This document shows positions 62,422 through 64,000 of a stretch of 64,000 bases of DNA, piece by piece (position 1 is the first letter of the stretch; each line of letters opens with the position of its first letter). Below the pieces are notes generated by a model that searched no databases, was not told the origin of the DNA, and worked only from the letters and a program-made list of their open reading frames with translations. The stretch covers positions 7,264,629 to 7,328,628 of the forward strand of contig CM119265.1 in assembly GCA_051294375.1 (NCBI GenBank), given 5' to 3'. The DNA comes from Paraspadella gotoi. Its lineage: Eukaryota > Animalia > Chaetognatha. A program made the translations under genes and the position numbers.

Positions 62422-64000
62422 ATGACGGACAGCGAAGGGAGAAAAGTCATCGTCTGTGACAATGGGACAGGATTCGTCAAGTGCGGCTACGCGGGAACCA
62501 ATTTTCCTGAGTTTATTTTCCCGTCGATGGTGGGGAGGCCCATGATTCGATCTTCCAACAAAGTCGGCGACATCGAAGTCAAGGTCGAGTCTCCTTACAT
62601 TTTTGTTTCGTGTAGTTAATATGATAAATATGTATAATATGTAAATATATTTACTGGTTAGGATTTAATGGTTGGAGAAGAAGCTTCAAAGCTTAGGTCG
62701 ATGCTGGAGGTGAGTTACCCGATGGAAAACGGGGTCGTACGTAACTGGGACGACATGAAGCACGTTTGGGATTACACCTTCGGCGAGACGAAGCTCAACA
62801 TCGACCCCTCGGGTTGTAAAATACTGCTCACTGAGCCGCCAATGAATCCTGTCAAAAACAGGTGGGGAGAGATCTCTCTTTGAGAACTGAAGAAGACCGA
62901 ATCTAAATTCTTTTTCCATTAATATCTAGGGAAAAGATGATCGAAGAAATGTTTGAACATTACTCCTTCGGCGGAGTGTACATCGCCATCCAGGCCGTAC
63001 TAACTTTGTACGCTCAGGGACTCTTAACCGGAGTCGTGATAGACTCGGGCGACGGCGTCACTCACATCTGCCCAGTCTACGAAGGCTTCGCGTTGCCAAA
63101 CCTCACCAGGCGATTGGATATCGCTGGCCGAGATATCACTCGATATTTGATCAAGGTGAAGCTTTTAAGTCACGGAATTCAAATGACATTAAATTCACCA
63201 TTATTTCTTGGTTCAGCTCCTGCTTCTTCGCGGTTACGCCTTCAATCATTCCGCCGATTTCGAAACCGTTAGAATGATGAAAGAGAGCCTGTGTTACGTC
63301 GGTTACAACATCGAGCAAGAACAAAAGTTAGCCCTGGAAACAACCGTCCTCGTCGAACAGTACACGGTACTTCGAATGTTGTGAGTGGGTTTCATGTCTG
63401 TCTATGTCTATGAGATTCACGAAATATATTCATTATATTTCGTGAATCTCATATTATATTTCTAAGCAACGCTGTTTTAGTTTTAAACGCAAATTTATCG
63501 CCAGCTTCCCGATGGTCGCGTGATCAAAGTCGGAGGTGAGCGTTTCGAGGCTCCGGAGGCTTTGTTCCAACCTCATCTCATTAACGTGGAAAGCGTTGGC
63601 GTCGCCGAACTTCTCTTCAACACCATCCAAGCCGCTGACATCGACACCAGAGCTGAATTTTACAAGCACATTGTTCTCTCGGGTTCGTTTTTATCCTTCG
63701 GTTTTTGGCGCTTTTTATTTCTTTAAGGCTTTTGATTTCTATTCAGGCGGATCGACGATGTACCCGGGTCTTCCTTCGCGGCTTGAAAGAGAGATCAAGC
63801 AACTGTATTTGGAGCGTGTTCTCCACGGAGACACGTCTCGTCTCTCAAAGTGATTACATCATTTTTTTATAAATTTTGTCTCCGTTTCAGTTCAGGAAAG
63901 TCAAAAGCATACCATGTATCTCTCTCTCTCCATCTCACAGGTTCAAAATCCGTATCGAAGACCCGCCTCGGCGCAAGCACATGGTCTTCCTCGGCGGCGC
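62422..64000 (+). CDS. ACTR2: Actin-related protein 2 (Arp2/3 subunit), 3' end beyond the window
   Basis: [111 protein letters not shown]. Confidence 0.97.
63409..63453. repeat. Perfect 20-bp hairpin (5-nt loop) in an ACTR2 intron
   Basis: tatgagattcacgaaatata-ttcat-tatatttcgtgaatctcata. Confidence 0.9.

Overview
Eukaryotic (invertebrate metazoan) genomic DNA with short spliceosomal introns and CpG-rich exons. The first ~19.6 kb has no supportable coding exon. It is rich in microsatellites and holds a ~2.3-kb near-identical duplication beside assembly gaps. The remaining ~44 kb is gene-dense: a GoLoco-only protein (+), a FLYWCH/C2H2/NRF1-like chimeric DNA-binding protein (-), and PKN (-) head-to-head with a run of nine + strand genes. 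That run is TMEM168, MBLAC1, DONSON, an Ldh_2-family dehydrogenase, an orphan gene, SMAD4, an MBD+PHD protein, a 7-finger C2H2 protein and ACTR2 (truncated by the window end). Several non-autonomous repeat families sit in introns and intergenic DNA. The best leads are: (i) an operon-like block of five genes spaced ~250-300 nt apart, each downstream gene preceded by a splice acceptor (possible SL trans-splicing); (ii) the MULE-like FLYWCH + C2H2 + NRF1/EWG-like fusion; (iii) phase-0 cassette exons in the PKN linker; (iv) a CxxC-x8-CxxC insertion in MBLAC1; (v) a structured repeat containing part of a twister-ribozyme core. All gene models were built by hand from splice sites and protein motifs, and no searches were run.
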